64,000 nt of DNA from Chiloscyllium plagiosum (Eukaryota): positions 5,038,220-5,102,219 of the forward strand of contig NC_057754.1 in NCBI RefSeq assembly GCF_004010195.1, read 5' to 3'. Shown one piece after another: positions 51,639-64,000 of this stretch. The translations under genes were made by a program, and so were the position numbers. A model generated the notes under the pieces. The model was given only the letters and a program-made list of their open reading frames with translations, was not told where the DNA came from and made no database searches. Position 1 is the first letter of the stretch; every line of letters begins with the position of its first letter.

Positions 51639-51909
51639 CAGACCTATTTATTTTTTAAATATCAACCAGCAACTGGCTAAAAGAGACAAGAGAAAATTAC
51701 ACTGCTCCAAGCAGAGTGGAAAATATAAAGGAGCAATTAAAGGTAATTGTCAAAATGAAAGGAAGGAAATAAATGGCTGCAAGTATGGTTTCGCCTGGTT
51801 ATAACAAATTGTCTAACCTTCCTGACATCCGATCACCATACAGCTGTACTCAATTCTTCCTAAAAACACACCAAATAGTCTCTCAACCCGAATTACATCA
51901 AAGTCTTGA

Positions 51910-52062
51910 TGTGGAGGATCTGGTGCTGGACTGTGGTGGATGAAGTTAAAACTCACACAGCACCAGGTTACAGTTCAATAGGTTTATTTGGAAGAACTAG
52001 CTTTCGGAGCCACCTAATGAAGGAGCAGCGGTCCAAATGCGAGTGCTTCCAAATAAACCTGT
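51910..52062. mobile_element. Fold-back PLE mini-element (family 3)
   Basis: AGGTTTATTTGGAAG / CTTCCAAATAAACCT arms around a decayed core CCTAATGAAGGAGCAGCGGTCC. Confidence 0.7.
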
Positions 52063-53074
52063 CGTGTGGTATTCCTGCCTATTTCCAGTAACCTTTCACC
52101 GTCTTGGTTATCAACAATCTACCTGCCTTAGAAATATTCAAAGCCTCCACTTCAGAAAAAGTGCTTCAAAAATTCATCTTTCCTCTGTGTTAAAATCTCT
52201 TTAATCTTATTTCTAAAACCATCTGTACTTTCCCAATTATTCAGTTTACTGGAACACTGGTGCCAATACGGTACAGTTCTAAATCATCCTAATGATACAG
52301 GCACCACTTTTGCCAGTACTGGTGTCAGTGCCCATAAGATTGGCTCAGTAGAAATGAATTTCAGTTTAAGTTACATATTAATTTTACTAAGCTTAGTTGC
52401 CCTAAATCAATCTGAGTGTGGCTCATGTAATAACCTGAAGAATGCCATCTTTAGGTTCTGCTTTTTAATTTGGTGCCTAGCTCCTCATTATGACTATTCA
52501 GAACTTCTTACTATGTCACTGGTACCTGCATGGACCATGATGACTGGATCCAGTCTTCCCATTGTTAAGTCCTTTTCCAGCTATGAGAATATGCCCAGAA
52601 TCCCAGCATTGGATAGGTAACACAGCCTTTGTTTTTGCTGCAGAGTACAATAGCAATGCCCATCACTACACCCAGACCAATCCCATCTGCTCTGCAGTTG
52701 TGTCACAATACATCTGAAGACTATGATTAAACAAGAAATCTATTTTCTGATATCACATTAAGACTGTTGAGTCAAGTTTCCATATGCTATTCTAGTAGGA
52801 GGCTCCTGTGGTGCAGCAGCAGTGTCCCTACCTCTGGACCAGAAGGCCTAGATTAAAGTCCCACCTGTTCCAGGGGTATATCATAACATGCCTGAATGGG
52901 TAGATGTAAAAATATTTACTTTGCTCCTTTTGCCACCACAATCCTTTCACTATCCCCATTTGAATAGCTTGCTGTACTGAAGTGCAATTAGATCCTCTAT
53001 CCTGCCGCTTTCACTCTCATCAACCAGTGGAAGTACCTCAAATCTATTGGATAATTACAGTTTTTAAAAATGTA

Positions 53075-53440
53075 TTCATTATTTTTGTGGGATGTGAGCA
53101 TCATTGGCTGGCCAGCATTTATTGCCCATCCCTAGTTATCCTAGAGAAGGTGATGGTGGTGATCTGCTTTCTTGAACTGCTGCAGTCCACCTGCTGTGGG
53201 TTGACCCACAATGCCATTAAAGAGGGAATTCCAGGATTTTGACCAAGCGACAGTGAAGGAACAGCTGATATATTTACAAGTCTGGATGGTGAGTGGCCTG
53301 GAGGAGAACTTGAAGGTGGTGGTGTTCCCATGTATCTGCTGCCCTTGTCCTTCTAGGTGGAAGTGGTCATGGATTTGGAAGGTGCTGTCTGAGGATCTTT
53401 GGTGAATTTCTGCGGTGCATCTTGGAGATACTACACACTG
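53075..53440 (-). mobile_element. CR1-type LINE (second clade) 3' end
   Basis: Matches the 22450 copy. Confidence 0.8.
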
Positions 53441-54930
53441 CTATTCTCCATTTACTGCTGTATACCGCTATTTAATATTCTTTGGTTGACAGAATTCCAA
53501 CTGGCTCTCCCTAACTGCATGGTTTTTAATTTGCTACCGCAAATGTGCACAATGACAATTCATCCCAAATCAATCAACTTGCAAAGACATGCCAAACTTG
53601 ACTGCTGCTCAAAGATTTTGGGAAATTGGGCATACATGACTTTGGACCAAGTTCTGGAAAATAGGCTGAGAATAGTTAGGTGGTAGTTATTGACCAGCAC
53701 AGACTCAATCTGCCTCTTCTTGTGCTGTAGACCTTTCCCAAGACATGGGTGCCACTGGTTAAGCCAACATTTACTGCCCATCCCTAATTTCTTCTTGGGG
53801 TGGGAGAAGTGGGGTAGATACCCCATAGCGCGACTGATACATTTCATCCTCACAAGATGTTTGAAACACTCATTTTCTTCAGTGTTTTACGCAACACTGA
53901 TTGCACAGGGAGAAGTGGAAGGAACAGAGTGCAAGGGGAAGCAGAGAGTTTCATCAGATTGATGTTGCTCAGTTTTACATTGAACGGTAATCTCAAAGAT
54001 CAAAGCAGAATAGAAGAAGTCTTTTCAGCAATTTAATGAGATAAGAAAATGATAATCCATTTGGCACGATCTCTAACAGCTGAAGGCTCTCTGAATAATG
54101 TCAGTTGAAGAGCTGGAATATTTTACAGTACAAAGACTTTCATCCTTACTGTAGATGAAAAGATATTTTAATTACAATGCAAATTGAAGCTGATGCTGAA
54201 CATTGACGCACTATAAGATATTAGGAGGGGAATAAGGAATGCTTCCATTTCCCCAATTTCCTCTCCATTGCATCCAAAATCTTGCACCATCACCAGGTAA
54301 GTTAGCAGGCACACTGTGGCTGAGTGCAGTTGTCCAGACAAAGAGCAGATCCTCATGGCACTCCACGTGTCTGATGACTTAGTGCCATTCTTCTGTCTTT
54401 CCCCCATATTCTTGCACATTATTTCTATTCAAATAATTATCTAATGCCTCCCTGAATGCCTCAATTGAACCTTGCCTCAAAACACTTCTGAGCAATTCGT
54501 TCCAGACCTGAACAACTCAGGTGAAACAGTCTTTTTCTCTTGCTACTTTTGCAAATTACTTTAAATTCATGCCCTCTTGATCCTGATCTTTTTTACAAGC
54601 AGGAACAGTTTCAGTCTACACCATCCAGGCATGATTTTGAGAACTTTAACAGATCTCCTCTTAGCCTTCTCTCCAAGGAGAAAAACCCCAAACTCTCCAA
54701 CAGACCTTCACAACTGAAGTTTCTGATTTCTGGAACCACTACTGTAAATCTCTTCTGCACTTTCTCCATTGCGTTCACAACTGGACTGCACCCAATACTC
54801 CAACTGAGGTCTAATAAATGTCTTTTCTGCTACTCAATGCCCTTTACACTGTATGTTTGGTTAATTGCTCTACCCAACTGTCCTGCCACATTCTACGACC
54901 TATGCACATCTTCACCCAACTCTGTTTGCT

Positions 54931-55150
54931 GAGGTGGAGGTGGGTGTTGCAGATGCTGGAGATTACAGTCAAGATTAGAGTGGTGCTGGAAAAGCAGAGC
55001 CGGTCAGGCAGCATCCGAGGAGCAGGAGAATAGATGTTTCGGGCTAAAGTATTCATCAGGAATGATGAAGGGCTTTAGCCCGAAACATCGATTTTCCTGC
55101 TTCTCGGATGCTGCCTGACCGGCTCTGCTTTTCCAGCACCACTCTAATCT
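54931..55150. mobile_element. Fold-back PLE mini-element (family 1)
   Basis: Arms around TTCATCAGGAATGATGAA. Confidence 0.85.
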
Positions 55151-55350
55151 CTCTGCTCTTGCACTTCCTAAATGATTGCATCCCTATTTTATGATATCTG
55201 TCCATGCTCTTTCTACCTATATACATCACCTTACACTTCTGTACGTTGAATTCCACCTGCCATCTATCTGCCCACTCCACCAACTTGTCCACATGCTTTT
55301 AAAATTCTACACCGCTCTCCTTACTAGTTACAATATGTCTATATTATATC

Positions 55351-55549
55351 GAAGAGTGTGGTGCTGGAAAAGCACAGCCGGTCAGGCAGCATCTGAGGAG
55401 CAGAAGAGTCGACGTTTCAGGCATAAGCCCTTTATCAGGAATGCCCGAAATGTCAACTCTCCTCCTCCTTGGATGCTGCCTGACCGGCTCTGCTTTTCCA
55501 CACTCTTCAACTCTGATCTCCAGCATCTGCAGTCCTCACCTTCTCCTCA
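55351..55549. mobile_element. Fold-back PLE mini-element (family 1) with TSD
   Basis: Arms around ATCAGGAATGCCCGAAA; TSD ATATTATATC at 55341 and 55553. Confidence 0.85.
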
Positions 55550-56692
55550 TCCATATTATATCATCCACCAATTTTCAAACTGCAGACTAAGATCTACAAC
55601 ATTTGCATGTTTCATGAAAAGCAAGGGCCCCAACATTGACCCTTGAGAAACACCGCTGCAAATCTTCTCTCCATCCTGAAAAATATCCACTGACCACCAT
55701 ACCTGGCTGAACAAATAACAAAACATTTTGTTACTTTGTTGTATCCCTATTATTCCATGGGCTATAAGTTTTCACAAAATAGCTTTGTGGCACTGAACTG
55801 GATGCCCTTCAAATGTCCATGCATACCACATTTGACTATTAACTAATTTGACTAATCCCAAATAATTGTTTCTAGAAGCTTCCCCATCACTGAAGATAAA
55901 CTGACAGGTTTACAATTGTCCTTAAAGTCTTTTCAGGACAAAGGTGTAGTGTCTACAATTCTCCAGTCCTTTGGCCCCACCTGAGTCTAGGAAAGATAAA
56001 GATGACCACCAGTGCCCCTGCAACTGCTACTCTCACTTCCTTTAACATCCCGAGATACATCACAGTTTATCTGCCTCTTTACTGATTTTGAATCCTTCCA
56101 GTGACAGAACTTCCTCCTCTCTCACCATGACCTGGGTGGCATCTACCACCTTGGTAAAGACAGATGCAAAGTATTCATTTAATACTTCATCCATACCGCT
56201 TGCCGCTATGTGCAAATCCCAGTTTTTGGTCCTTAATTGGCCCTACTCCCCCTTTACCACCCTTTTATGCTTGATGTACCTGTCAGGGATTATGTTGGCT
56301 GCCAAAATTTTCTCACAAATCCTCTTCAATTCTCTAACATGCTTCTTTTTAACCTTCCTCTGAACTTCTGTATTCCTCATATTGATCAAATGTATTTCTA
56401 CCCAACACCTTCATAGAAGAGAACTATGACCTACACACACTGACAAAGGAAAGCAGACAATTTCTCTGTGCGTAATTTAACCAAGCTAATGCTCTTTATC
56501 CCTCTCAGGTATCACAAGGCACTTGCATCGTGCATTGAGAAAACTCCTTGAAGTGTCCCAGGTCACAGGACTTAGGGGAGCAGGCAGATGCCTGGAGAAG
56601 TCAGACAAATTTGACAGGTCTTTTCAAAACAAGAGCTGGCAGGAGAACAATGGGCCTTCTGTGTTCCATTAAAGAATCTAATTTCACCAACA

Positions 56693-56903
56693 CACGTATG
56701 GAATGAGCTGCCAGAGGAAGTGGTGGAGGCTGGTACAATTGCTACATTTAAAAGGCATTTGAATGGGTATATGAACAGGAAGGGTTTGGAGGGATATAGG
56801 CCAGGTGGTGGCAGGTGGGACCAGATTGGGTTGGGACATCTGGTCAGCATGGGTGAGTTGGACCGAAGGGTCTGTTTCCGTGCTGTGCATCTCTATGACT
56901 CTA
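56693..56903 (+). mobile_element. Young CR1/HER1 3' tail
   Basis: VEAGTIATFKRHL...GPGGG-type C-terminus and CTCTATGACTCTA end. Confidence 0.88.
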
Positions 56904-57879
56904 GGTTTGTTCTTCTCTGCAAAGATCTTCTTAATGTCAATTCTCAGCTTGATGCTCCTCAGCTATGGAACCAGGCAACAAAATTCACTATTCTTTTCGA
57001 ATGTGGCACAGAGTGCAGCCAAGGCCAAGCTGATCCTTGCCTCATGTCCACTGGTTCAAGGCTCTATGAATAAGCCAGCAGCACAGATTAGGAGCCACAA
57101 CCCAGACCAAGGATCAATGGAGATTGATTCAATTCACTGGCTGGGCAATGAGAACGTACAAATTATCTTTTTATTTGCAGAGATGCTGTCTGCATTTGGC
57201 TTTCAACACCCAGCACGCACTGAGTGATGCATATGGCAGGATCAGATACATCAAGGTGATTTAATAGACTATAAGAGACCTTAAGGCATAGAACATAAAG
57301 GCTCCAGCAGTAAATGATCAGCTTTTCACAAAGACGCAGACATACTGTGAATCTTAAAAATCCAATAAAACTCCATCAGCAAATTAGATTGAGACATAAA
57401 GGCTAGGAGAGGTTTCAAACTGGATCAAAGACATGGCATGCTTTCACTGCAATTTATACCAATATATCTTTACGCAAAAGCCCCAAAAGTGTTTGGTGGA
57501 TGTGTGATTGAGTTGGGAAAGGGGGGGGGGGGTGGCTGAATTTTGTTTTCAGTGTATATATTTGATAATGGAATGTGGGAACGGGTGGTCACTGGTCAGC
57601 TCCAGCACAGCCTAATCCCCGGAAGTGGTGGGAAGCTGCTATCTTGAACTGCTGCATTTCTTGGGAACTGCTGAATTACTTGGGGCTTCAGTTTGGAACG
57701 CCAGGGAGTGAGTAGATGAGCAGTTAGTATGTTAGCCCTTTCTCTGTGTCTCAACTTGGGGATGCAAGACAGATTGTACCCTCATCATTCTGCAGCCCTG
57801 GTTGGACTCGGCTAAGTCGGCACACAGAACAAGGAGGTCTGTGTGGGTGATACAGTGCAGCATTACACTGTTCATTCAA

Positions 57880-58232
57880 AAGAACATAAGAAATAGGAGC
57901 AGGAGTAGGCCATCTCACCCATCGAGCATGCTCCACCGTTAAGATCGTGGCTTATCTTTTTGAGCACTCAGCTCCAATAACACCCCCACTCACCATAACT
58001 CTGAATTCCCTTACTGTTCAACAATCTATCTATCTCCACCTTACAAACATTCTTCAAGGTAGCCTCAACTTCTTCACTGAGCTGGGAATTCCAGATTCAC
58101 AGCTCCTTGGGTGAAGAAGTTCCTCCTCAGCTCAGCCCTAAAGCTGCTCCCCATTATTTTGAGGCTATACCTCCTAATTTTAATTTCATCCACCAGCAGA
58201 AACAACCTCCCTGCTTCTATCCTATCTATTCT
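57880..58232 (-). mobile_element. CR1 3' end
   Basis: Same family as 6797-7340. Confidence 0.75.
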
Positions 58233-59004
58233 TGCCCATCAGAATTCATGTTTTGTGGGATCTTGCTGATTCTGAGCTGGGTCAGGAGTAGGATCTCTGA
58301 AGCTCAAGGTAAGGTATGAAGAGTTCTGAAAATACTCCATCATGGTGACTGCACCTCATTGCCAGTCGGCACTTATGCTTCAAAGTACGTTTAAGGTGCA
58401 AACAGCAGATACGAACAGACCTGTCAGTGGTGACTTCCGCAATTGGAATAGGGTACTAACAGCCCAAATTATTGCTTACTGCCAATATTGCAAACTGTCC
58501 TGCAGGCTAATTACATCAACTTAATTAAAAAATCCCGCCAAGACAACAGTGGCTAAATAACACAAAATAGTCCATTAGCTGTAAAACACTGAGACAGGTG
58601 ATCGTGAAATGTCCATATATAAAAAGATAAATATTGTTCCCTCTACCAGCACACCGCCCATACTAAGATGATGAAAGTGAGGGGATAGGAGTCTTCCATC
58701 ATTTGCATTCAAGACTGCACAGTGGGAACTGGTGCAGTTTCTTTTTGAGCAGATTTGAGGTATTGTCATGAACATGTGAAAATGAATCCTCAAACAGAAT
58801 TGTAGAGTTGCTGGGCTGCTTACAACACGCTTCTACCCGGATTAATGACCAATACAGGATCCGACTGCACGCTCTAACTTCAGAACTCATCTATTTCCAT
58901 TGAGACAGCAAATGAAGGAGCAAAGTGGCAGACTGATTAAAGTAACAAATGCAGAAAGTTTTACATTTTTAAAGAAATGAAAATGCTGCCAATGTTCAAC
59001 AGGT

Positions 59005-59310
59005 CATAGAATCTCTACAGATGATGCAGAAAGAAACCATTTGGCCCACTGAGTCTGCACCGATCTCCCAAAGAGCATCCTACCCAGACCCACCCCCCCT
59101 TATCCTATCCCTGTGACCCTGCATTTCCCATGGCCAATCCACCTAACCTGCACATCTTTGGACTGTGGGAGGAAAGTACAGCAACTGGAGGAAACCCACA
59201 CAAACACGGGGAGAACATGCAAACTCCAAACAGTCACCCAAGGCTTGAATCAAACCCAGGTCCTCTGCACCAAGAGGCAGCAGTGATAACCATTACACCA
59301 TGGCGTCGCC
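59005..59310 (-). mobile_element. HE1-like SINE
   Basis: Family core and head. Confidence 0.8.
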
Positions 59311-60014
59311 CTGGTCAGGTGTGGAATGAAAGAGGCGGCAGCGACTGGAACATCTCAGGTTCAGCTTACAAGGATCAACAGAGCCAAGAAACAGCAGTTT
59401 TGAAGGCAAATAAAAGTCTGTGATTAGAAGAATTCAAAATGATTAAGTTTCAGTAACGATGCTGGCAACAGAGGTGACTTTGCGCAATAAAAGATGGAAC
59501 AGAGATCTAGGAAATGTGTAATCGGCAAAATGCAGAAATCATTCACCAGCTCTTAAAGGTTACCTCCATCTTACTCTCCCAACAAATGCTCCTCAAACTA
59601 TCGAACTCATCTCGTTGGTTTCAATCTTTCTAAAAAACTTACATTTACGTGGCAAGGCTCTTGTGGTAGCATCTCTACTGAGGTGTCCTACCTAAAGGTA
59701 AAGTTCCACCCAAAATTACTAACATTTTATTTTTTTAAACTACTAACCACCAGCAGTAACCATTACCTGTATACCAATTAAATATTTAATATTTAATATT
59801 TAAATATTTAACACGGATCCCATTATGGACAATGCGAACCATTAGAAGTGAGGAGGAGGTAGGGAGAGAGGGCAGGGAATTGAAGGAGGGAATAAAGCAC
59901 TGTTGCCCCCGCAGTGACCACATATTTCTCGAGGCATCAAAAGCATTGATAGACACTACATGCTCCCTGTAAATTCTTTTTTTTTTAAAAACCCAGAAGT
60001 ACTATTTCACACAA

Positions 60015-60195
60015 CTAAGGGTGGTGGTGGAAGACTGCTTTTCGGACGGGAGGCCTGTGACCAGCTGCATTCTGCAGGATTGGCACTGGGTCCACTGTTG
60101 TTTATCATTTACCTGAACGATTTGGATGAGAATATAAGAAGCATGGTTAGTAAATTTGCAGATGACACAGTGGATAGTGAGGAAATTTATCCAAG
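60015..60195 (+). mobile_element. CR1 RT internal fragment
   Basis: LGPLLFIIYLNDLDENIRSMVSKFADDT. Confidence 0.8.
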
Positions 60196-60624
60196 AGGAG
60201 GAAATAGAGCACTGTGTCTCTGCATTGCCACCTCTCACTCAGGGCCTCAACAGCATTGATGGTCATTGCATACTCCCTGGAGATGTCGCATTTGTAACAG
60301 CAGCCAGCTGTCCTTTCAGAAGGTAACAGATCACAAAAACAGGAGCAGATAATTCTGTCCCTTAAGCTTGCGTCGGTCCATTTAATTACATCCTAACTCT
60401 CTTTGTTCAAATAGTCAACACGGTTGTACATAAAATAAAAATATTGCTGTTGCAGTTTCATATCTTTCATGCAACGTACAAGTTACTGATCCCTTCTAGA
60501 CACTTCAGGTATTCCTGTGATGCTGTTCTGATCAGTGCAAGATGAGAAGCCATCGAAAGTGTGTATTTTTTTCAAAAATCATTCTGTCTGCTTTGAATAC
60601 ACTCTTGGCTGGATATATTTTTTA

Positions 60625-60985
60625 AATTCAATCATGGGAGGAGGGCATCACTGGCTAGGCCAGCACTTTATTGTTGATCTCTAATTGACCAGAGGGCAGT
60701 TACAAATCAAACCACGATGCTGTAGTTCTGCAGTCATGTGTAGGCCAAGACCGGGTAAGGATGGCAGTTTCCTTCCTTAAAGGACATTAGTGAACCAGAT
60801 GGTTTTTTCTGACAATTGACAATGGTTTCCTGGTCAATACTAGACTCTTAATTCCAGATTTATTTTTACTGAATTCAAATTCCACCATCTGCCATGGCAG
60901 GATTCAAAACGCAGGGCCCCAGAATGTTCCTTGGGTCTCTGGATTAATAGTTCAGTGATAATACCACTCAGCCATTGCCTCCCCA
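60625..60985 (-). mobile_element. tRNA-derived SINE, second family
   Basis: Minus-strand A box TGGCTGAGTGG; matches the 37815 copy. Confidence 0.8.
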
Positions 60986-62539
60986 AATAGGTTTGACCCA
61001 GTTGAGAGAGAAGAAACGGTGAGGCTTGGGATGAGACGTTTGATTTGGGACCACAGATGATTAGTACTTTGTACACCAGCAGCACAGTTAAATATTCTGC
61101 AATTAACCCTCGATGCTGCTTCAATAACACACTCTTGACTTCAGCCTCATATTTCACATTTTCCATGTTCAAAACACTTTTTAAAATCTTCATTTAATAC
61201 AATGATCTTCAGAATCTTTTAAAATGACTAACAGCTACCCCACATTTTCTTATTGACACAACCCAGGCACTGGTGGTCAACTGCTCAACCATGATAGGCA
61301 TCACAGCCAACCTTCAGTCCTGCTCGCTGAAGCACTGGCTCTCAAAGCCAACGCCAGGCACACACCACTGGAGATATGCAGGAATGATAAACCTGGGACC
61401 TTATTGATCCATGCAGTGCAGCTACAGACTGGATAAAATTTAAGTGCCTCGTGGTTTGCCTGCCTCGCCATCGATTCTGGGGCAGTAAGTCTACCTCTAT
61501 GGGTTCTATTTGGCTTTCTGCACCTTGCCCAAACTCGGCTTCCTTCATGTTTAAACCTGAACAGCAAGCATCATCAAGTTGTTCAAGTGTGGCAGAGCAC
61601 TGGAGAGTTGAGCCTAACTCTGGTCCCCCCCAAGATCAACACTTCCAAGGTACATGCAGTATTCAGACGTGATGAACTTGCATCTAAAAAGATGCGAGAG
61701 ATCAGACAGCTCTTAGTCTGTGACAGTATCACAGATGCTAGGAGTATCTAGTTCATTGTGATAGTTTAGAATGCAATGTAACTCCAAGATGGCTACGCAG
61801 TACCAGACAACACAAAACTCTCAGCAAACGACACATACAAATGGATATGAAAGCTTTTAAGATATCAGATTCTCTCTTCCAGCATCAATGCCTACAAACT
61901 GTCAGTCACCATCCCAATGACTCAGCTGTACAGGGGAGAGACTATACCAAGAGGTTTGCTGGTATTGATCTCGTCTAAACCAGGATATCTGATCTTTGTT
62001 CCAAGTAGCACCAAGGTATCGTTAGAAATAAAAGAAACAAACAGTCTCACTGCCAAGGAACCCTCTCATAATCCACTGACCCCTGCTAGAAAGTGACTTG
62101 TGGAAATCGAGTTTGGACTGAATTGCACTCAGCACTTTTGCCCTTCACTCCAAGACTGAACAACCTCACAGAATTGTTACAGTGCAAAAGGCGGCCATTC
62201 GGCCCACGGTGCTTGCACTCGTTCTTCAAATGAGCATCATCACCAGGTGTCAATCTCCTGCCTTTTCCCCACATCTCTGCACGCATCCAATGCCTTCCTG
62301 AATGCCTCAATTGAACCTTCCTCTACCACATTTGCAGGCAGGGGATTTTGTTTTTATGTTTACAACAATAGAAGGTTGTTACACAGTCACCACTTGGCTT
62401 GCTTTTCATTCTAGAATTAAAAAACTCAAATCTCACCGCCTATCAAAAATGGTACACGACGAAAATAACCAGAACATTCACGAGAATTTCTGGATTACTA
62501 GTCCAGGGGCAATACCATGACATCACCACCTCCCCAAAC

Positions 62540-64000
62540 TGGTGAAGCCACAACCTAAGGCTACTTACATACCAAGCAACATGCCATTACAACAGAGTGT
62601 GCTGGGTGATCCCACAACCAGTAGATCAGATCTATTCTCTGCAGTTCTCCCACGTCCAGTTGTGAAAGGTGCTCAGAAGTTAAGTAACAGGAGGGAGGAG
62701 GTGGCTCCCCAAATACCCCCCTCCTCAATGACGGCAGACCCCAGCAGATCAGTGTAAAAGATGAGGTTGAAGCATTTGCAACAATCTTCAGCCAGAAGTG
62801 CTCAGTGGACAAACCATCTCAGTCTTACGCAGAAACCTAGCACAGTTACAACCCTGGCACCTACCCAGCATTATGGATAATTAAGCAGGTTTGCCGTGTC
62901 AACAGAGAAGCTGGACAAATGCAATCCAGAAAATTATGGTGCCATCAGCCTACTCCCAATCAAAGTAAATGAGGTTGTCAACTGTCAGCACTTACTCAGC
63001 AATAAATGTTCAATAACACTCATTGTGGGTTCCACCTGGCTCACACAGTTCCTGACCTCATAACAACCTTTGTCCAAATATGGATAAGACAGCTGAACTC
63101 CTGAAGTGTGATCACAGCTTCTGCCCTTGACAACAATGTGACATTTTACTAAGTGTGGCTCCAAACAGCCCAAATAAAACTGGAGTCACTGAATCAAGGA
63201 GGGAACTCTCCATGGAGTTACACCCAGCACAAAGGTAGATAGCTGTGATTGTTGGAGGTCAATCATCTCAGCCACAGGATAGCATCGTAGTAGTTCTTTA
63301 GGGAAATGCCTTTGGTCCAACCATCTTCAGCTACTTTGTCAATGATTGTCACTCCATGATAAGGTCAAAGGCAGTGATGTTTGCTGATGAGTAGACGATA
63401 TTCACGAGCATTCATGACAACTCAAGCAATGCATATCCAAACACAGCTAGGCCCTGACAGCATCCAGGGTTAGACTGACAAGTGGCAAATAATATACATG
63501 TGCTATATGTGTGCGGGACAATGACCATTTCCAACAAGGGAGAGTCTAACCATTTTCCCTGGACATTCCATAGTACTAGCATTTCAGAATCCCCCATTAT
63601 CAGCATCATTGAACAGAAACTGAACAGAAAAATCTATGTAAAAATGATGGCTTCAAGTGCAGGTGACATGCTGGGAATTTTGCAGTGAATAATTCCATCC
63701 TGGGCCTTCAAGGTCTGTTCACCATCTATATGCCATGAGAGGTATGCTATACACTTCACTTGCTTGGAAGAAGACAGTCCTAACGACGCTCATGGAACTC
63801 AACATCATTCAGGAAAAAGCAGTGTGCTTGACTGGCATCTCATCTAACATCACTGACATTCACTTCATCCGCTATCAGTGCAGAGAGGCAGCAGCATGCA
63901 CTACAACAAGAGACACTGCAACAACTCACACAGGCTCTTTACAACACCACCTTCCCACCAGCAACATCTACTACCTAGGAGGCTGAAGGCAACAAGTCCA
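62540..64000 (+). mobile_element. Decayed CR1-type LINE (second clade) RT region, running off window end
   Basis: Remnants LGPTIFS, MFADE(YADD-like), NYGAISLL, IFSQKC; heavily frameshifted. Confidence 0.75.

Larger units (their letters stand above)
54340..56400 (-). mobile_element. Old, fragmented CR1-like LINE with two nested fold-back PLEs
   Basis: DKLVEWADRWQVEFNVQKCKVM; LNEYFASVFT-like motif near 56155-56180. Confidence 0.7.

Noticed and set aside
59778..59811. Self-complementary (AATATTT)n tract
   Set aside because: Short AT microsatellite with no further structure

Overview
Repeat-dominated vertebrate genomic DNA, almost certainly a shark (inferred from HE1-type tRNA SINEs, CR1/HER1-like LINEs and a DeuSINE). 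Only one protein-coding gene is well supported: a two-coding-exon prokineticin receptor (PROKR family GPCR, + strand, 43491-43945 joined to 46789-47482, 382 aa, intron splitting the DRY motif). Most of the remaining sequence is decayed CR1 and Rex1/Babar LINEs, SINEs, Penelope-like elements (PLEs), a probable solo LTR, a GC-rich compound minisatellite and one 291-N gap. The most notable non-gene signal is a set of minimal hammerhead-ribozyme motifs (CUGANGA-extra nt-stem II-GAAA-4-nt palindrome) in three different PLE families. Several of these sit in short fold-back insertions whose inversion axis lies on the ribozyme core, and one is inside the receptor intron. Hammerheads in PLEs are known in general; whether the fold-back mini-elements are described for sharks cannot be judged without a search. 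Other observations are a 33-bp-period array of ten CCAAT-type boxes, ~150-bp direct repeats flanking a LINE, and weak hints of a minus-strand spliced transcript. Repeat boundaries are by eye (roughly +/-20 bp) and family names come from motif recognition, not database searches.
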